Source of the DNA: an uncultured Lentisphaerales bacterium
GTDB taxonomy: Bacteria; Verrucomicrobiota; Lentisphaeria; JABSQK01; JAJFLO01
Length of the DNA: 64,000 bases
Reading direction: 5' to 3'
Assembly: GCA_964615975.1 (NCBI GenBank)
Contig: CAZTTH010000001.1
Coordinates: 6,559 to 70,558, forward strand
In this document: positions 41,854-54,200 of the stretch, piece after piece
How the letters are laid out: the number at the start of each line of letters is the position of its first letter
Numbering within the stretch: position 1 is the first letter of the stretch
Translations under genes and position numbers: made by a program
Notes under the pieces: generated by a model
Database searches by the model: none
Told to the model about the DNA's origin: nothing
Seen by the model: only the letters and a program-made list of their open reading frames with translations

Positions 41854-41985
41854 GGAAAAGGAGGGCGGAAAAAGAAACTCATCACAAACTTAATAATTTT
41901 TCTTTCTTTTACAGAACAACCCATATAATGAAAAACGTAAGTAGAATGTAGAAGTTTCGTTAATCTGCAATCTGAAAAGTGAAAA

Positions 41986-43296
41986 TTAATTATTGTTTTC
42001 GACACGCATGATGGCTTGATAAATATTCGCGAACAAAGTTTCTAATTTATCGAATGGTGTCGATGAATATGCGACCCGGATTACATCGTTAAGCACGATA
42101 ACTCCGGTCGAATATTCTTTAAGTAATAATTTACGAACGAGTTCCGGATCGACTTTTTTGGGTTTTAAGCACATGAAATAACCGGAATTGAAGGGCAGGG
42201 GATCCCAGGCATTGGTGTATTCAGGATGAGTAGATAATATGATTTTAATCTGATCATAGCGCCGTTTCAATGTGGCATATTTCTGGCGTTTTTGCGCTTC
42301 ATAATCCCGGGAATTGTAGGCCTGGTTTAACAATGCCTGTGAGATATTCGGGCTGTTGGATATATTGCCACGGATCGCGCCGGCTGTCTTAGCTTCCAAT
42401 GCGGTATACAAAGCGGGAGTGCCGCCCTTGATGGCATAGGTGATAAAACCCACACGAAAACCCCAGACATAATCTTCCTTGGTTGAGCCGTCAATCTTGA
42501 TGGTAAGGACACGTTCGTGCAGATTCGCCAAATATGGAAAGATGGATTCCGTGAGAATACCAGGTTCAAACACCAGGCCGAAATATGCGTCATCGATGAT
42601 TATGACAATGTTATTGCCAGCATCAGCAGCCTCATAGATGACATCACGGATTTGCTCTGCTTCGGCTGGCGACACCGTATAACCGGTGGGATTGTTGGGG
42701 AAGTTCAAAGATACAATCCGTTTACCGGTGGGACCGGTCTGGAGCAGTTCTTTCAGCCCTGCGACATTGAATCCATTGTTCAGGTTAAAGGTTGGGAAGG
42801 TATGAAAACATGTGCCATAAGCGTTTTCGTACATCAACTGATAATTTTCCCAGAGCAAATCAGGCGTATAAAAGCGATCACCCTCATTGATAAACAAATA
42901 ACCACACATGCTCAATCCATGAGTCAACGCACAAGACACTATCGGCATACTGATAGCAATATCTTTAAGCGCTGGGTTTTTCTGATAAATCATTTTTTTC
43001 CAGGTCGCACGAATATCCGGACGTCCGGGACTGGGCGCATATGGGAAGATTTCATTGCTATCCTGGATCACAGCTTGTGAAATACAATCCAGGCACATTG
43101 GTGCGCCGTTATCTTCCAAAGCGATACCAATGGTGGCATTAACCGCTTTGCCTTTTGCTTCAGCCGCCTGCGCGAGTATGCCCCTTTGTGGAAAGTAAAT
43201 GGACTTACCGCGTGCCGAGAGCATTTCGGGAAGATAGGGATTCGCATTTCGAATAATTTCGTTCAACTCGCTTGCTTGGATGTTCAAATCACTCAT
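41986..43296 (-). CDS. class I/II PLP-dependent aminotransferase
   Basis: 436 aa with NFPNNPTGY and the Lys-containing DGSTKEDYVWGFRVGF motif. Exact specificity not assignable. Confidence 0.7.
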   Translation of the reverse strand: MSDLNIQASELNEIIRNANPYLPEMLSARGKSIYFPQRGILAQAAEAKGKAVNATIGIALEDNGAPMCLDCISQAVIQDSNEIFPYAPSPGRPDIRATWKKMIYQKNPALKDIAISMPIVSCALTHGLSMCGYLFINEGDRFYTPDLLWENYQLMYENAYGTCFHTFPTFNLNNGFNVAGLKELLQTGPTGKRIVSLNFPNNPTGYTVSPAEAEQIRDVIYEAADAGNNIVIIIDDAYFGLVFEPGILTESIFPYLANLHERVLTIKIDGSTKEDYVWGFRVGFITYAIKGGTPALYTALEAKTAGAIRGNISNSPNISQALLNQAYNSRDYEAQKRQKYATLKRRYDQIKIILSTHPEYTNAWDPLPFNSGYFMCLKPKKVDPELVRKLLLKEYSTGVIVLNDVIRVAYSSTPFDKLETLFANIYQAIMRVENNN

Positions 43297-43480
43297 TATT
43301 ATTCCTGTTCTGTTGCTGGGAGTTTAAACCGATTGGTGAATCAAATACACCTGTCCAATATACCATGAGTTACTGAATTGTAGTATATAACGTTTCGATA
43401 ACAAGGGATAAATTTCATCATTAAGGCAGGACGCAATCGTCATTCATGGATATAATAATAAATTTACGTTTATATGAATC

Positions 43481-45502
43481 ATGGATATCGGTTTCTTAAA
43501 CCCACAACAACAAAAAGCCATTCAAACCGTCAATGGTCCCCTCCTGGTGCTGGCTGGCGCCGGCACTGGTAAAACCACGGTGATCACTTATCGAGTGGGC
43601 TGGATGCTGAAAAACGGTATCCGTCCGGATCAGATCATGGGAGTAACATTTACCAATAAAGCGGCAGCGGTGATGAAACAGAAAATCACCCAATTACTAC
43701 CGGAGGTAAATCATCGCTCAATGTATATTGGCACCTTTCATTCCTTTGGCTATCGCATGTTGTGGCAGTTTATCGATCGCCTTGGCTACTCTCCTCAATT
43801 TGGAATCGCGGATGCGGATGATCAGGAAAAGCTGATCAAGGATATCGTCAGGGAAAGCGGCCTTTCAGGTAGCGACTTGAAACTGGACTTTTTTATTCGC
43901 GGGATACGCGATGCCAAGAATCGCCAATTGACGGAGAATGATATTCGCCAATCCGGCAGTATGCCGTGGTTTCAAAAATTAGCCGATGTTTATGTTGACT
44001 ATCAGGCACAATTGAAAAAACAAAATCTGGTGGATTTTGACGATTTAATCGCCTTGCCCTGCAAAATCTGGCGGGAATATCCCGAAACCCTGGAAATCTG
44101 CCATAAGAGATTTCAATACCTGCTTGTCGATGAATACCAGGATACTAATGCCAACCAGAGTCAATTGATTGACCTGTTGGTGGGTATAAAACAAAATGTG
44201 TGTGTAGTCGGCGACGACGATCAATCGATTTATGGATGGCGCGGTGCTGAAGTTAAAAACATACTTTTGTTCAAAGAACGTTATCCTAATGCTGCGGTGA
44301 TTAAACTTGAACAAAATTATCGGTCAACTACACATGTGCTGGCGGCAGCAAACAATGTGATCGCGCATAATTTTGAACGTCATCCGAAAGCTTTGTGGAC
44401 TGCCCGGGAGGATGGGGAACGGTTGCAAATAATTCATCTCGAAAATGAACAAAAAGAAGCCAAGCTGGTAACCCGCTTGATTGAACATTTACTTTATGAA
44501 ATGCGCTTGACCTACAAAGACTTTTTAGTATTGATTCGTTCCAATTTTCAATCCCGTCTCTACGAACTGGCATTTCACGAAAGTCATATTCCCTATCGTA
44601 TTGTCGGCGCCAAATCATTTTATGAAAGCCGTGAAATCAAGGATGCCCTGGCATATTTAAAGATTCTTTATAATCCTCATGATGAGATCAGTTTGTTGCG
44701 GATCATCAATGTTCCCGCACGTGGGATTGGGGACAAGACCTTGGAAAAATTATTGGGATTGCGACAACAGATCAATAAACCCTTATTGATGGTGATGTCG
44801 AGTCCCGAAGCACAGAAAATTCTGCCACCCGGTGCCTGGGCGAAACTGCATGCGTTCAATATGACATTACAACGCTGGCAAATAAATTTTCAACAATCCG
44901 GTCGTTTAGCGGAAAAGATCAAAGAGTATTTAACAGACATGGAGTTTTTCTCGTCAGTCGAACAACTCTATCGGGATAAAGATGAACGCGATCAAAAAGC
45001 GCGAAGTGATAACCTGAATGAATTCATTATTTCAGCAACTCTGCTTGAAGAGCGTCTCGGGCATATGACTTCTCTGAGTGAATTTCTTCAGACGTATGGT
45101 TTGATGGATGATCAGGATCGTGTCAAGGAGGAGAATCGAGCAAGTGGAAATTCGGTTAATTTAATGACCGTGCATGCGGCGAAAGGCACAGAGTTCCCGG
45201 TCGTGATAATAGTTGGTTTGGAGGAGGAGTTTTTCCCCCATGCCCGCTCGCTGGAAGAAAATGGTTTGGAAGAAGAAAGACGCCTGTTTTATGTGGCGTT
45301 GACTCGTGCGCAACAAAGGGTATACATGACGTGGGCGCACACACGCGCGAAATTTTATCAGCGTGAAAGGCGCTATCCATCACGTTTTATTCACGAACTT
45401 CCGCCCGAACATGTCAATCATACCAAGGAACGAGATATCTTCCTGCCAGCCAATCCTACTGATGTTGCAGCGGTTTTCGCCGATATGAAAAATCGGTTTT
45501 AA
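43481..45502 (+). CDS. UvrD/Rep/PcrA-family ATP-dependent DNA helicase
   Basis: 673 aa; LNPQQQKAIQTVNGPLLVLAGAGTGKTTVIT (motif I) and VDEYQDTN (motif II), plus a C-terminal helicase domain. Confidence 0.9.
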   Translation: MDIGFLNPQQQKAIQTVNGPLLVLAGAGTGKTTVITYRVGWMLKNGIRPDQIMGVTFTNKAAAVMKQKITQLLPEVNHRSMYIGTFHSFGYRMLWQFIDRLGYSPQFGIADADDQEKLIKDIVRESGLSGSDLKLDFFIRGIRDAKNRQLTENDIRQSGSMPWFQKLADVYVDYQAQLKKQNLVDFDDLIALPCKIWREYPETLEICHKRFQYLLVDEYQDTNANQSQLIDLLVGIKQNVCVVGDDDQSIYGWRGAEVKNILLFKERYPNAAVIKLEQNYRSTTHVLAAANNVIAHNFERHPKALWTAREDGERLQIIHLENEQKEAKLVTRLIEHLLYEMRLTYKDFLVLIRSNFQSRLYELAFHESHIPYRIVGAKSFYESREIKDALAYLKILYNPHDEISLLRIINVPARGIGDKTLEKLLGLRQQINKPLLMVMSSPEAQKILPPGAWAKLHAFNMTLQRWQINFQQSGRLAEKIKEYLTDMEFFSSVEQLYRDKDERDQKARSDNLNEFIISATLLEERLGHMTSLSEFLQTYGLMDDQDRVKEENRASGNSVNLMTVHAAKGTEFPVVIIVGLEEEFFPHARSLEENGLEEERRLFYVALTRAQQRVYMTWAHTRAKFYQRERRYPSRFIHELPPEHVNHTKERDIFLPANPTDVAAVFADMKNRF

Positions 45503-45636
45503 TGGCAAATACATATTTATAACGATACGATCTTTGTTAAAGCACATGATTTGGATATTATTATTGTTGGTTCAAAGGCGGTGCGATCGATAAATAGCCA
45601 TTAGAAATTGAGGCACTGGGCAGTTTTTGGAAAATC

Positions 45637-46035
45637 TTGGAGAACAAGATGAATAAACCAACACAAATACTGCAGGTCGAGGATAACTGCATGGACGTCG
45701 AATTAACGCATGAAGCCTTTCGCCAGGTTCTGCGGTATGTCAACATTCATGTCGCGCCAAATGGTGAAAAGGCATTAAGCTATTTTGGGGGGCTAAAAAA
45801 ACTTAATTCCATTGATACCAGGAAGCTCCCTGATTTGATTCTCCTGGATTTAAAACTGCCGGGGATTGATGGATTTGAAGTTTTGCGTCAACTTAAAACA
45901 ACACCGTTACTCAAACGGCTGCCAATTATCATTCTTACCTCATCAAGCGATGAAGGTGATCGGGCACGCGCTTATGACCTTGGGGCCAATGTTATTTGGT
46001 CAAGCCGGTCACATTTTCTGGGTTTTTGGAAATGA
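45637..46035 (+). CDS. response-regulator receiver protein with C-terminus disrupted by an apparent -1 frameshift (intact frame would end at 46097)
   Basis: REC motifs ILQVEDN…LILLDLKLPGIDGFEVL…IIILTSS. After GAN the canonical CYLVKPVTFSGFLEMIRKIHEYWLVLN continues in the +2 frame from about 45990. Confidence 0.7.
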   Translation: MENKMNKPTQILQVEDNCMDVELTHEAFRQVLRYVNIHVAPNGEKALSYFGGLKKLNSIDTRKLPDLILLDLKLPGIDGFEVLRQLKTTPLLKRLPIIILTSSSDEGDRARAYDLGANVIWSSRSHFLGFWK

Positions 46036-46257
46036 TTCGAAAAATCCATGAGTATTGGTTGGTGCTTAATATGTATCCACCCGAGGAGTCCGCATGAATG
46101 GTGTCAACGCTAATTATATATGGTTACTCCATGCCTACCACCAAAGGATAATGCGGTTAAGTTCGCCGTACGTCAGACGACTAATACTGTCTAATTCTAA
46201 ACTGAGGTGTAATTTCGATCATCATTTTACCACCATCAAACCCATGGAGCCGGCACA

Positions 46258-48396
46258 ATGATAGCGGCGTTGCCACCAAATGAAGAAGCGCGACTGAAAA
46301 CCTTATATCGTTACAATGTCTTAGATACGGAACCAGAATCTGCATTGGATGATCTCACCGCACTGGTGGCTCATATTTGTGGCACTCCGATTGCTCTGGT
46401 TTCATTGGTAGATGCCGACCGTCAATGGTTTAAGTCCCGTTTTGGTCTCGATATTCAACAAACATCCCGTGACCAGGCATTTTGTGCTCATGCGTTATTG
46501 CAGCCTGACGATGTAATGATCGTGGAGGATACCATCGAGGATAAGCGATTCTCCGACAATGTACTGGTCACTGATAAGCCGCAAATCCGTTTTTATGTCG
46601 GGGCCCCTCTAATTGCCTGTGATGGCCATGCGTTGGGTACATTGTGCGCAATCGATACCAAGCCACGTCAGCTTGATGAAAGCCAGATACAAGCTATACG
46701 GGTGTTGAGTAATCATGTCGTCACTTACCTTGAGGTGCGTCGTCAAGAAGAGGCGCGAAAACGAGCAGAAGCACATATTCATTCAATCCTTGAAGCGACA
46801 CCAAACGGTCTTATCATGATTGATTCACAGGGATATATCACATTGCTCAACATTCAGATTGAGAAATTATTTGGCTATTCACGTGAAGAACTTATTGGTC
46901 AGAATATCGATATCCTGGTTCCTGAGCGTTTTCGCGAACTTCATCCGCATCATCGTGCGCGATACTTCTCTGAACCATCCACCCGTGCGATGGGCGTTGG
47001 ACGTGACCTCTATGGGCAGCGTAAGGATGGAAGTGAGTTTCCGGTTGAGATAGGCCTGAACCCACTTACCACACCAGAGGGGCTAATGGTGTTAGCCTCG
47101 GTGGTGGATATTAGCGAACGTAAACGGTTGGAATTATTAATGAATACCAAGCAAAAGGTGCTGGACATGCTTGGCGATGGCACCAATATCAATATTATTT
47201 TGAATAAAATTGCACTTGGAATCGAGATTTATTTCACTGATTTGCTATGTTCTATCATGCTGGTGGATTCGGATGGTGTTCATTTCAGTACTAGCGTTGC
47301 TCCCAATCTTCCAGAGCCTTTCAAGCTTGCCATGGAAAGGGTTTCAATCGAGGAGCTATATGGATTGAGAGAAGGAGAAAATTACTGCGAGCAAATCCTT
47401 GTCAGTGACATCGCTGTTGATCCATTCTGGGCGGGATTTCGGGAACTGGCATTGGATAATGGTTTATATACCTGCTGGTCGACACGTGTTTTTGATACCA
47501 GTTGCCGCCTGTTGGGTATGATTCATTTGTTTAGCAAGAAGCCATATCAACCTACTTACCAAGACATTACGACGATTGAGGGGTTTGGCAATCTGATCAG
47601 CATTGCCAACGAATATTCAAGCACACATGAACTGCGACTGGCGAAAGAGAGTGCTGAAGCGGCCGACCGGCTCAAATCCGCTTTTCTCGCCACCATGTCA
47701 CATGAACTGCGCACCCCACTCAATTCTATCATCGGATTTACCGGCATCATACTGAACGGCTTGGCCGGGCCATTGAATCCAGAACAGACCAATCAGTTGG
47801 GTATGGTACAGAGCAGCGCCCGTCATCTCCTTGCTCTAATCAATGATGTCCTGGATATTTCCAAGATTGAGGCCGGCCAATTAACCCTAAGCTTTGATCC
47901 ATTCAACCTTCGTGATGCTATAACCCGAATGGTTGATTTAGTCAAACCTATGGCGGATAAAAAAGGTCTGTCAATGCGAATCGATCTTTCATTTGATGAG
48001 GACGTTATCATCAGTGATCAACGCCGGGTCGAACAAATCATTCTCAACCTACTCAGCAATGCGATAAAATTTACTGAAAATGGTAGTGTGGTATTGGAAG
48101 TCACGGATGTTCCCGATTATCCCGGGAGGGTGAACAATCGTGTCATGTCGGCGGTTAGTATTTGTGTGACAGATACGGGTATTGGTATTAATCCTGAAGA
48201 TTTAACCATGATATTTAACCCATTTCAACAGGTTGAAACCGGGTTGAGTCAACCAGTTGAAGGCACCGGTTTGGGACTTGCCATATCTAAGCGATTGGTT
48301 GATCTGCTAGGCGGCGACATTAAAGCTGAAAGTGAATGGTGTCGGGGGAGTAGATTTACCGTCACATTGCCAGTAAAACCTCCCGCGGAACCGTGA
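46258..48396 (+). CDS. sensor histidine kinase (GAF-PAS-GAF-HisKA-HATPase_c)
   Basis: 712 aa; H-box ATMSHELRTPLNSI, N/G-box …LLSNAIKFTENG…GTGLGLAISKRLV. Confidence 0.85.
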   Translation: MIAALPPNEEARLKTLYRYNVLDTEPESALDDLTALVAHICGTPIALVSLVDADRQWFKSRFGLDIQQTSRDQAFCAHALLQPDDVMIVEDTIEDKRFSDNVLVTDKPQIRFYVGAPLIACDGHALGTLCAIDTKPRQLDESQIQAIRVLSNHVVTYLEVRRQEEARKRAEAHIHSILEATPNGLIMIDSQGYITLLNIQIEKLFGYSREELIGQNIDILVPERFRELHPHHRARYFSEPSTRAMGVGRDLYGQRKDGSEFPVEIGLNPLTTPEGLMVLASVVDISERKRLELLMNTKQKVLDMLGDGTNINIILNKIALGIEIYFTDLLCSIMLVDSDGVHFSTSVAPNLPEPFKLAMERVSIEELYGLREGENYCEQILVSDIAVDPFWAGFRELALDNGLYTCWSTRVFDTSCRLLGMIHLFSKKPYQPTYQDITTIEGFGNLISIANEYSSTHELRLAKESAEAADRLKSAFLATMSHELRTPLNSIIGFTGIILNGLAGPLNPEQTNQLGMVQSSARHLLALINDVLDISKIEAGQLTLSFDPFNLRDAITRMVDLVKPMADKKGLSMRIDLSFDEDVIISDQRRVEQIILNLLSNAIKFTENGSVVLEVTDVPDYPGRVNNRVMSAVSICVTDTGIGINPEDLTMIFNPFQQVETGLSQPVEGTGLGLAISKRLVDLLGGDIKAESEWCRGSRFTVTLPVKPPAEP

Positions 48397-48740
48397 ATGT
48401 GTAGAGTGGAGGTTTATCCATTATTAAAGTGGCGACTTTGTTATTTTAACCAGAGCAGCTTTTATGGTGTCGAAAAAGGTATTCAATACAATTCTCTCCG
48501 TTTTTGAATAACCACCTGAGCTCATTCAATGATTGCTGGATGAGATCAATTCAATGGCTTATGTTGAATTATTAATACAGATCAAATTACAGACAAATAT
48601 GGTCATGACGCTTAATCCTAACTAATGTTGCCGCAATAATATCCTGTAAGTATTGATATAGGGTCGACTACAACATAAGTTAAAAGGCAACAGCCCCGCT
48701 GAAAATAAGTCAGACGAAATAAAGTTAAGCATTCGCAGCT

Positions 48741-50762
48741 ATGAAAATCCTCCTTATTGAAGACAACGAGCATAATCGAAAACTTGCCGCATTTCTATTG
48801 GAACGCCATGGATATAAGGTGGTTCTTGCGACATCAGGGACGGAGGGCATAGAGCTTGCACTTCAAACGCATCCAGCACTCGTTCTCCTCGACATTCAAT
48901 TGCCAGAAATGGATGGTTATGCTGTGGCCCGAACGCTCCGCGCCAATCCAAAACTGAATGCGATCCCGATAATCGCGGTAACCGCCTGTGCAATGGTCGG
49001 TGACCGTGAAAAAGCGATTGAAGCTGGTTGCCATGGCTATATCGAAAAACCCATTAATCCACTTACTTTCGTTACCGAAATCGAGCGTTTCCTCCCATCA
49101 TCTTCTAAATCGGTCGCACCTAAGATACGCGTGCTTTTAATTGACGACAAAGATGAAAACATCTATATGCTGCGAGCATTGCTTCAGGGTAATGGGTTCA
49201 TTGTGGACGAGGCTCATCATGGCGCAGAAGCATTGAGTAAGGCCCGAGTAATACGTCCGGATCTGGTCATCACCGACCTTTTGATGCCGGTGATGGATGG
49301 ATATACCTTCCTGCGCCATTGGAAAGCGGATGAGCAATTAACTATTATCCCCGTTGTCGTTTATACTGCGACTTACACCGATCCGAAAGATGAACGCCTT
49401 GCCTTGGACTCGGGTGCCGATGCATTCATCATCAAACCCTCTGAACCGGATGATTTCTTGGCGCGGATTCAGAAGATTTTAATCCAACAAAATGAAGGCA
49501 ATCTCAATCCGCCCATGCAACCACTAGCGGATGAGACTATTATTCTCAAGGAATACAATCAGGCATTGATCCGGAAACTGGAGGCAAGGACCTTGCAGTT
49601 GGAGCAGGGCAATCGTGATCTGGCTAAGAGAGAGAGTCACCTGAGAGCAATTTTTGACACTGAACCCGGGTGTGTGAAACTACTGAGTTTGGATGGCAGT
49701 TTAATCGCAATGAATCGTGCGGGACTCAATATAATCGAAGCCGACTCGTTGTCGCAAATGGAAAACAGAAGTGTTTTTTCCCTGGTAGTTGAGAAAGACC
49801 GTGCCGCCTTCCGCCAATTAACTGAAAACGTCTTTCGCGGCGAGAGCGGAGTATTGGAGTTCGAATTGATCGGCCTCAAAGGTAGTCGGCGATGGTTGGA
49901 AACCCATGCAGCTCCATTGCGTAACCAGGATGGGAAGGTCTCTTCCTTATTAGCGATTACCCTGGATATCACTGAGCGAAAAAGAGCAGAAGAAGAAATT
50001 CGCTTATTAAACGCAAAACTCGAACAACGGGTGCGCGAGCGTACCACACAACTTCTTGCCGCGAATCAAGAGCTCGAAGCCTTCACCTATTCAATATCAC
50101 ATGACCTGCGATCGCCGTTGCGCGCGATCAGCGGCTTTGCCGAGATTATTGCCAGTCGTCACCGTGAAAACCTGAATGAGGAAGGTCAGAGATATATCGA
50201 CAACATCGTCAAATCAAGCGAACGCATGGGACATTTGATTGACGATCTCCTGTCTTTTTCACGTCTTAATCATCAGTCAACAAGCCGAGTAACCATACCA
50301 TTAAGTGAAATTTTCACATCTTTGGTCAATGAACTGACCGAGCGCCTGCATGAAGTTGGCGGAACGCTCGAAATCGCGGCGAACCTACCAAAGGTACTGG
50401 GAAATCGGAGTTTGCTAAATCAAATTTTTTCCAATCTGTTGGATAACGCGATTACCTATCGGCGGAATCATGAGCCGGTGAAAATTAAAGTTGCTTCAAG
50501 CATTGAAGATAATTTTGCAGTTATCGAGATTCAGGACAACGGCATCGGAATTCCATCTGAATATCATGAAATAATCTTCAATGTCTTTCAGCGACTGCAT
50601 GGTGATGAACACTATCCCGGTACCGGGATCGGTCTGGCTACCGTGAAGAAATCGGTCGAGTTGCTTGGTGGCGAGGTAAGACTTAAATCCGAAATTAACG
50701 CAGGTAGTACCTTTATTGTCAAATTACCAGTGGCGCCGGATGGCGAAATGGTATCATCATAA
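48741..50762 (+). CDS. hybrid sensor kinase (REC-REC-PAS-HisKA-HATPase_c)
   Basis: 673 aa; two receiver domains (ILLIEDNEHN…LLDIQLPEMDG and VLLIDDKDEN…ITDLLMPVMDG), a PAS domain, H-box SISHDLRSPL, and ATP-binding …GTGIGLATVKKSVELLGG. Confidence 0.85.
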   Translation: MKILLIEDNEHNRKLAAFLLERHGYKVVLATSGTEGIELALQTHPALVLLDIQLPEMDGYAVARTLRANPKLNAIPIIAVTACAMVGDREKAIEAGCHGYIEKPINPLTFVTEIERFLPSSSKSVAPKIRVLLIDDKDENIYMLRALLQGNGFIVDEAHHGAEALSKARVIRPDLVITDLLMPVMDGYTFLRHWKADEQLTIIPVVVYTATYTDPKDERLALDSGADAFIIKPSEPDDFLARIQKILIQQNEGNLNPPMQPLADETIILKEYNQALIRKLEARTLQLEQGNRDLAKRESHLRAIFDTEPGCVKLLSLDGSLIAMNRAGLNIIEADSLSQMENRSVFSLVVEKDRAAFRQLTENVFRGESGVLEFELIGLKGSRRWLETHAAPLRNQDGKVSSLLAITLDITERKRAEEEIRLLNAKLEQRVRERTTQLLAANQELEAFTYSISHDLRSPLRAISGFAEIIASRHRENLNEEGQRYIDNIVKSSERMGHLIDDLLSFSRLNHQSTSRVTIPLSEIFTSLVNELTERLHEVGGTLEIAANLPKVLGNRSLLNQIFSNLLDNAITYRRNHEPVKIKVASSIEDNFAVIEIQDNGIGIPSEYHEIIFNVFQRLHGDEHYPGTGIGLATVKKSVELLGGEVRLKSEINAGSTFIVKLPVAPDGEMVSS

Positions 50763-51241
50763 GTGGTATATTTTCTACATAAACGAGGTTTAAATTTTCA
50801 TCGCATTAACTGCCTTGCTTAAAAGGACATTTACCGACAGATAAGTCAGCATACTCGGCAAATATTATCTTACGGTTGTGATGAACTTATTTTAACCTTA
50901 CTTACAGTACCATCGCTATTTGCCCAGCCTCGCTGGGAGGATAGGTGACTTGAAATTCCGCATCTCCTTCCGAAATCAACTCATTGGTATTTTCTGCTAA
51001 AAGTTTATGAACAAATGAAAAGATCAAATCAGAATGACATTTCCCCCGACCATGGTATCATATGTTCATTTTTTTCAGTAATATGACATAAAACTTACAT
51101 GTCGAGAATTGTAACCATGTCGGAAGTTTGGCGCAGTTTCGAATTACCCAATGTATAGATGAAGAATGATGGATGCAAGTCAGCTCCTGTAAGCGGAGTG
51201 AAAATTTAAGCTTGACATCACTCACCAAAAAATATTTGAAG

Positions 51242-54200
51242 ATGAAATCCCCGATTCGCATTCTTTCAATTGATGATAATCCGCTTGACCGTGAACTGGT
51301 GCGCGACGCGCTGAACCAGGATAATGGCAATTTTGAGATAATTGAGGAGTCTAATCGCGCTAACTTCGAAGAACTGATTACTGCAGCAGGCACTTTTGAT
51401 ATCATTCTAAGTGATTTCAATATTTTGGGATTTACCGGTTTACAAGTGCTTGAGGTCATTCTGGAGAAATGTCCAGGTACCCCAGTAATTATGCTGACTG
51501 GCACTGGTTCTGAAGAGATGGCGGTTGAAACGATGAAACGCGGCGCTGCCGATTATGTCCTCAAAACTGACCGGCACATCAAGCGATTACCACACACCAT
51601 TCGCGCAGTACTTGAATCCAGCAGACTGGAGAAAGAAAATCAACGAGTGCAAGAAAATCTGCGTGCAAGTGAATATCTGCATCGGGAATTTATGAATGGT
51701 TTGCCCGTGGCTGTATATACCACGGATATAGACGGTCGTATCATCCTATATAATCATGCCGCGGTAGAAATGTGGGGACGACGACCGGAAGCAGGCGATC
51801 ATTGGTGCGGTTCATTCAAACTTTATCGATTGGATAATCATCTTCTTCCTCATGATGCTTGCCCGATCGCATTGGCTATTAAAGAGAATCGATCTATAAA
51901 TGGTATTGAAGCGATAGTCGAACGAAAAGATGGAAGTCGCATTAATATACTTGCGTACGCAACACCATTCAGGGATAAATCCGGTGAGGTGATCGGCGCC
52001 ATGAATGCGATGGTGGAAATCACGGAACGCAAACGAATAGAGGAAAAACTGCAATTAAATGAACAACATCTACGTCTGTCATTGGAAGCGGGAAAGATGG
52101 GATCGTGGGTTTGGGATCTCCATTCAAACCTATCCTTCTGGAACCAACAAGAATATCAACTGCTAGGGTTACCACCTGGTGATGGCCAGGTCGACACTGA
52201 CTTATTTTTTGAGCACGTTCATCCTGAGGACTTACCAGGATTAAAACTGGCGCTATCTGAATCCATGAAGTATCACACCTCATTTAAGCATCATTTCCGA
52301 ATCATCCGTGCGGATGGGCTTACTCGCTGGATTTCTGGGCGGGGTCAAGTATCGCAGGATGATATATCCGGAAATCCGCAACAGATTTTAGGTATCAACT
52401 TCGATATCACCGAAAGTAAAGAAGCGGATGAAAAATTGCGGCAAACGACAGCCGAACTGCAACTTCGTTTTCGCCAGCAGCAGGCACTCGCCAATCTTGG
52501 TGAATTGGCCTTGCAGGCGAACGACCTTGGAAATTTGTTCCAAACAGCTATCGATATGATCTGTCAGGTTCTGGAACTGGAGTTTGGCAAGATTCTGGAA
52601 CTCCAGCATGATGGACAAACTTTGCTGTTGCGCGCTGGAGTCGGTTGGAAGGAAGGTTTAGTCGGAACCGCAATGATCTCCGGAGGTAAGGATTCACAGG
52701 CAGGCTATACTCTTTTAAGTGATCAGCCAGTAATTGTGGTCGATCTCAACACCGAAACTCGCTTTAGTGGACCGGCATTGCTGCGAGATCATGGGATTGC
52801 CAGTGGAATAAGTGTGGTTATTCGTGGTGGATCTGTGCCATATGGGGTCCTCGGTGTCCATACCCGTCAGCATCGTGAATTCAATCAATATGACCCCTTG
52901 TTTTTGCAAAATGTCGCCACCCTGTTGGGAAATTTTATCGAACGTCAACGTCTAGATACCCAATATCGCCAGTTGATCCAGAGTGTCCAGGATTATGCGA
53001 TTCTCAGGTTGTCAACCTCAGGCACAGTGACGATGTGGAACAGCGGCGCTGAACGGATGATGGGTTTTAAGGCTGAGGAAGTTATTGGCCAGTCTGATGC
53101 AATTTTCTATCTGCCTGAAGATGTTGCCAGTGGCAAACCGAAGCGGATACTGGAAGAAGCGGCAACACATGGTCGGGCTGAACATGAGGGATGGCGACTG
53201 AAGAAGAACAACACCAGATTACTAGTCGATGCGGTCACCTTCGCTTTGACTGACGATGCTGGCTGCTTGACTGGTTATTCACGGATAATCCGTGATATCA
53301 CGTTGAAAAAAAGAGAAGATGAATCACTGCGGTCGGTGGTGGATCATTCAAGTGATGTCATCGTGACCATTGATGATAAAGGTATTATGCAATCTTGTAG
53401 TGGTTCTTTGCAAAAAGTTTTTGGGTATGACCCGGCCAGGATCATAGGGCAGAACGTGAATTTATTAATGCCCGATCCTTGGAAAAGTCATCACGATGGT
53501 TACATCAGCGCTTATCTGCGCACCGGGCTTGCCCGGATTATCGGCAAGGTGCGGGAAGTCACAGGATGTCGCGAAAGTGGCGAATTATTCCCGCTCGAGC
53601 TTGCGATCACCGAATTTACCCTTGATGGCGCCCGCTTTTTTACTGGCATTATGCGCGATATCACCACCCGTAAAAAGTTGGAAGATGAACTCCGGCAATC
53701 GCAAAAAATGGAAGCGATAGGACAATTGGCTGGTGGCATCGCCCACGATTTTAATAATTTGCTGACCATTATCAATGGCTTCAGTGAATTGCTCATTTAT
53801 CAGTTATCATCAAATGACTCCCAAAAGAAAATGTTGCTTGAAATCATGAATGCCGGGAATCGCGCTGCTGATCTCACTCGTCAATTGCTTGCTTACAGTC
53901 GCAAGCAGGTGTTAGCGCCATTATTACTGAATCTAAATAATGTAATATTAAACATCGAAAAGATGCTGCAGCGCTTGATTGGAGAAGACATTATGTTGTC
54001 TACCAATCTGGATCCACAGTTAAGGATGGTGAAGGTCGATCCCAGTCAAATGGAAACAGCTATAATGAACCTTGCTATCAACGCCCGGGATGCCATGCCC
54101 CGGGGGGGAAAACTGACGATTGCGACCAGTAATATTGAGGTTGGTGGGGATGGGTCTAAAATCTATACTGGTTGTCAATCTGGCAGTTATGTTAAGACGA

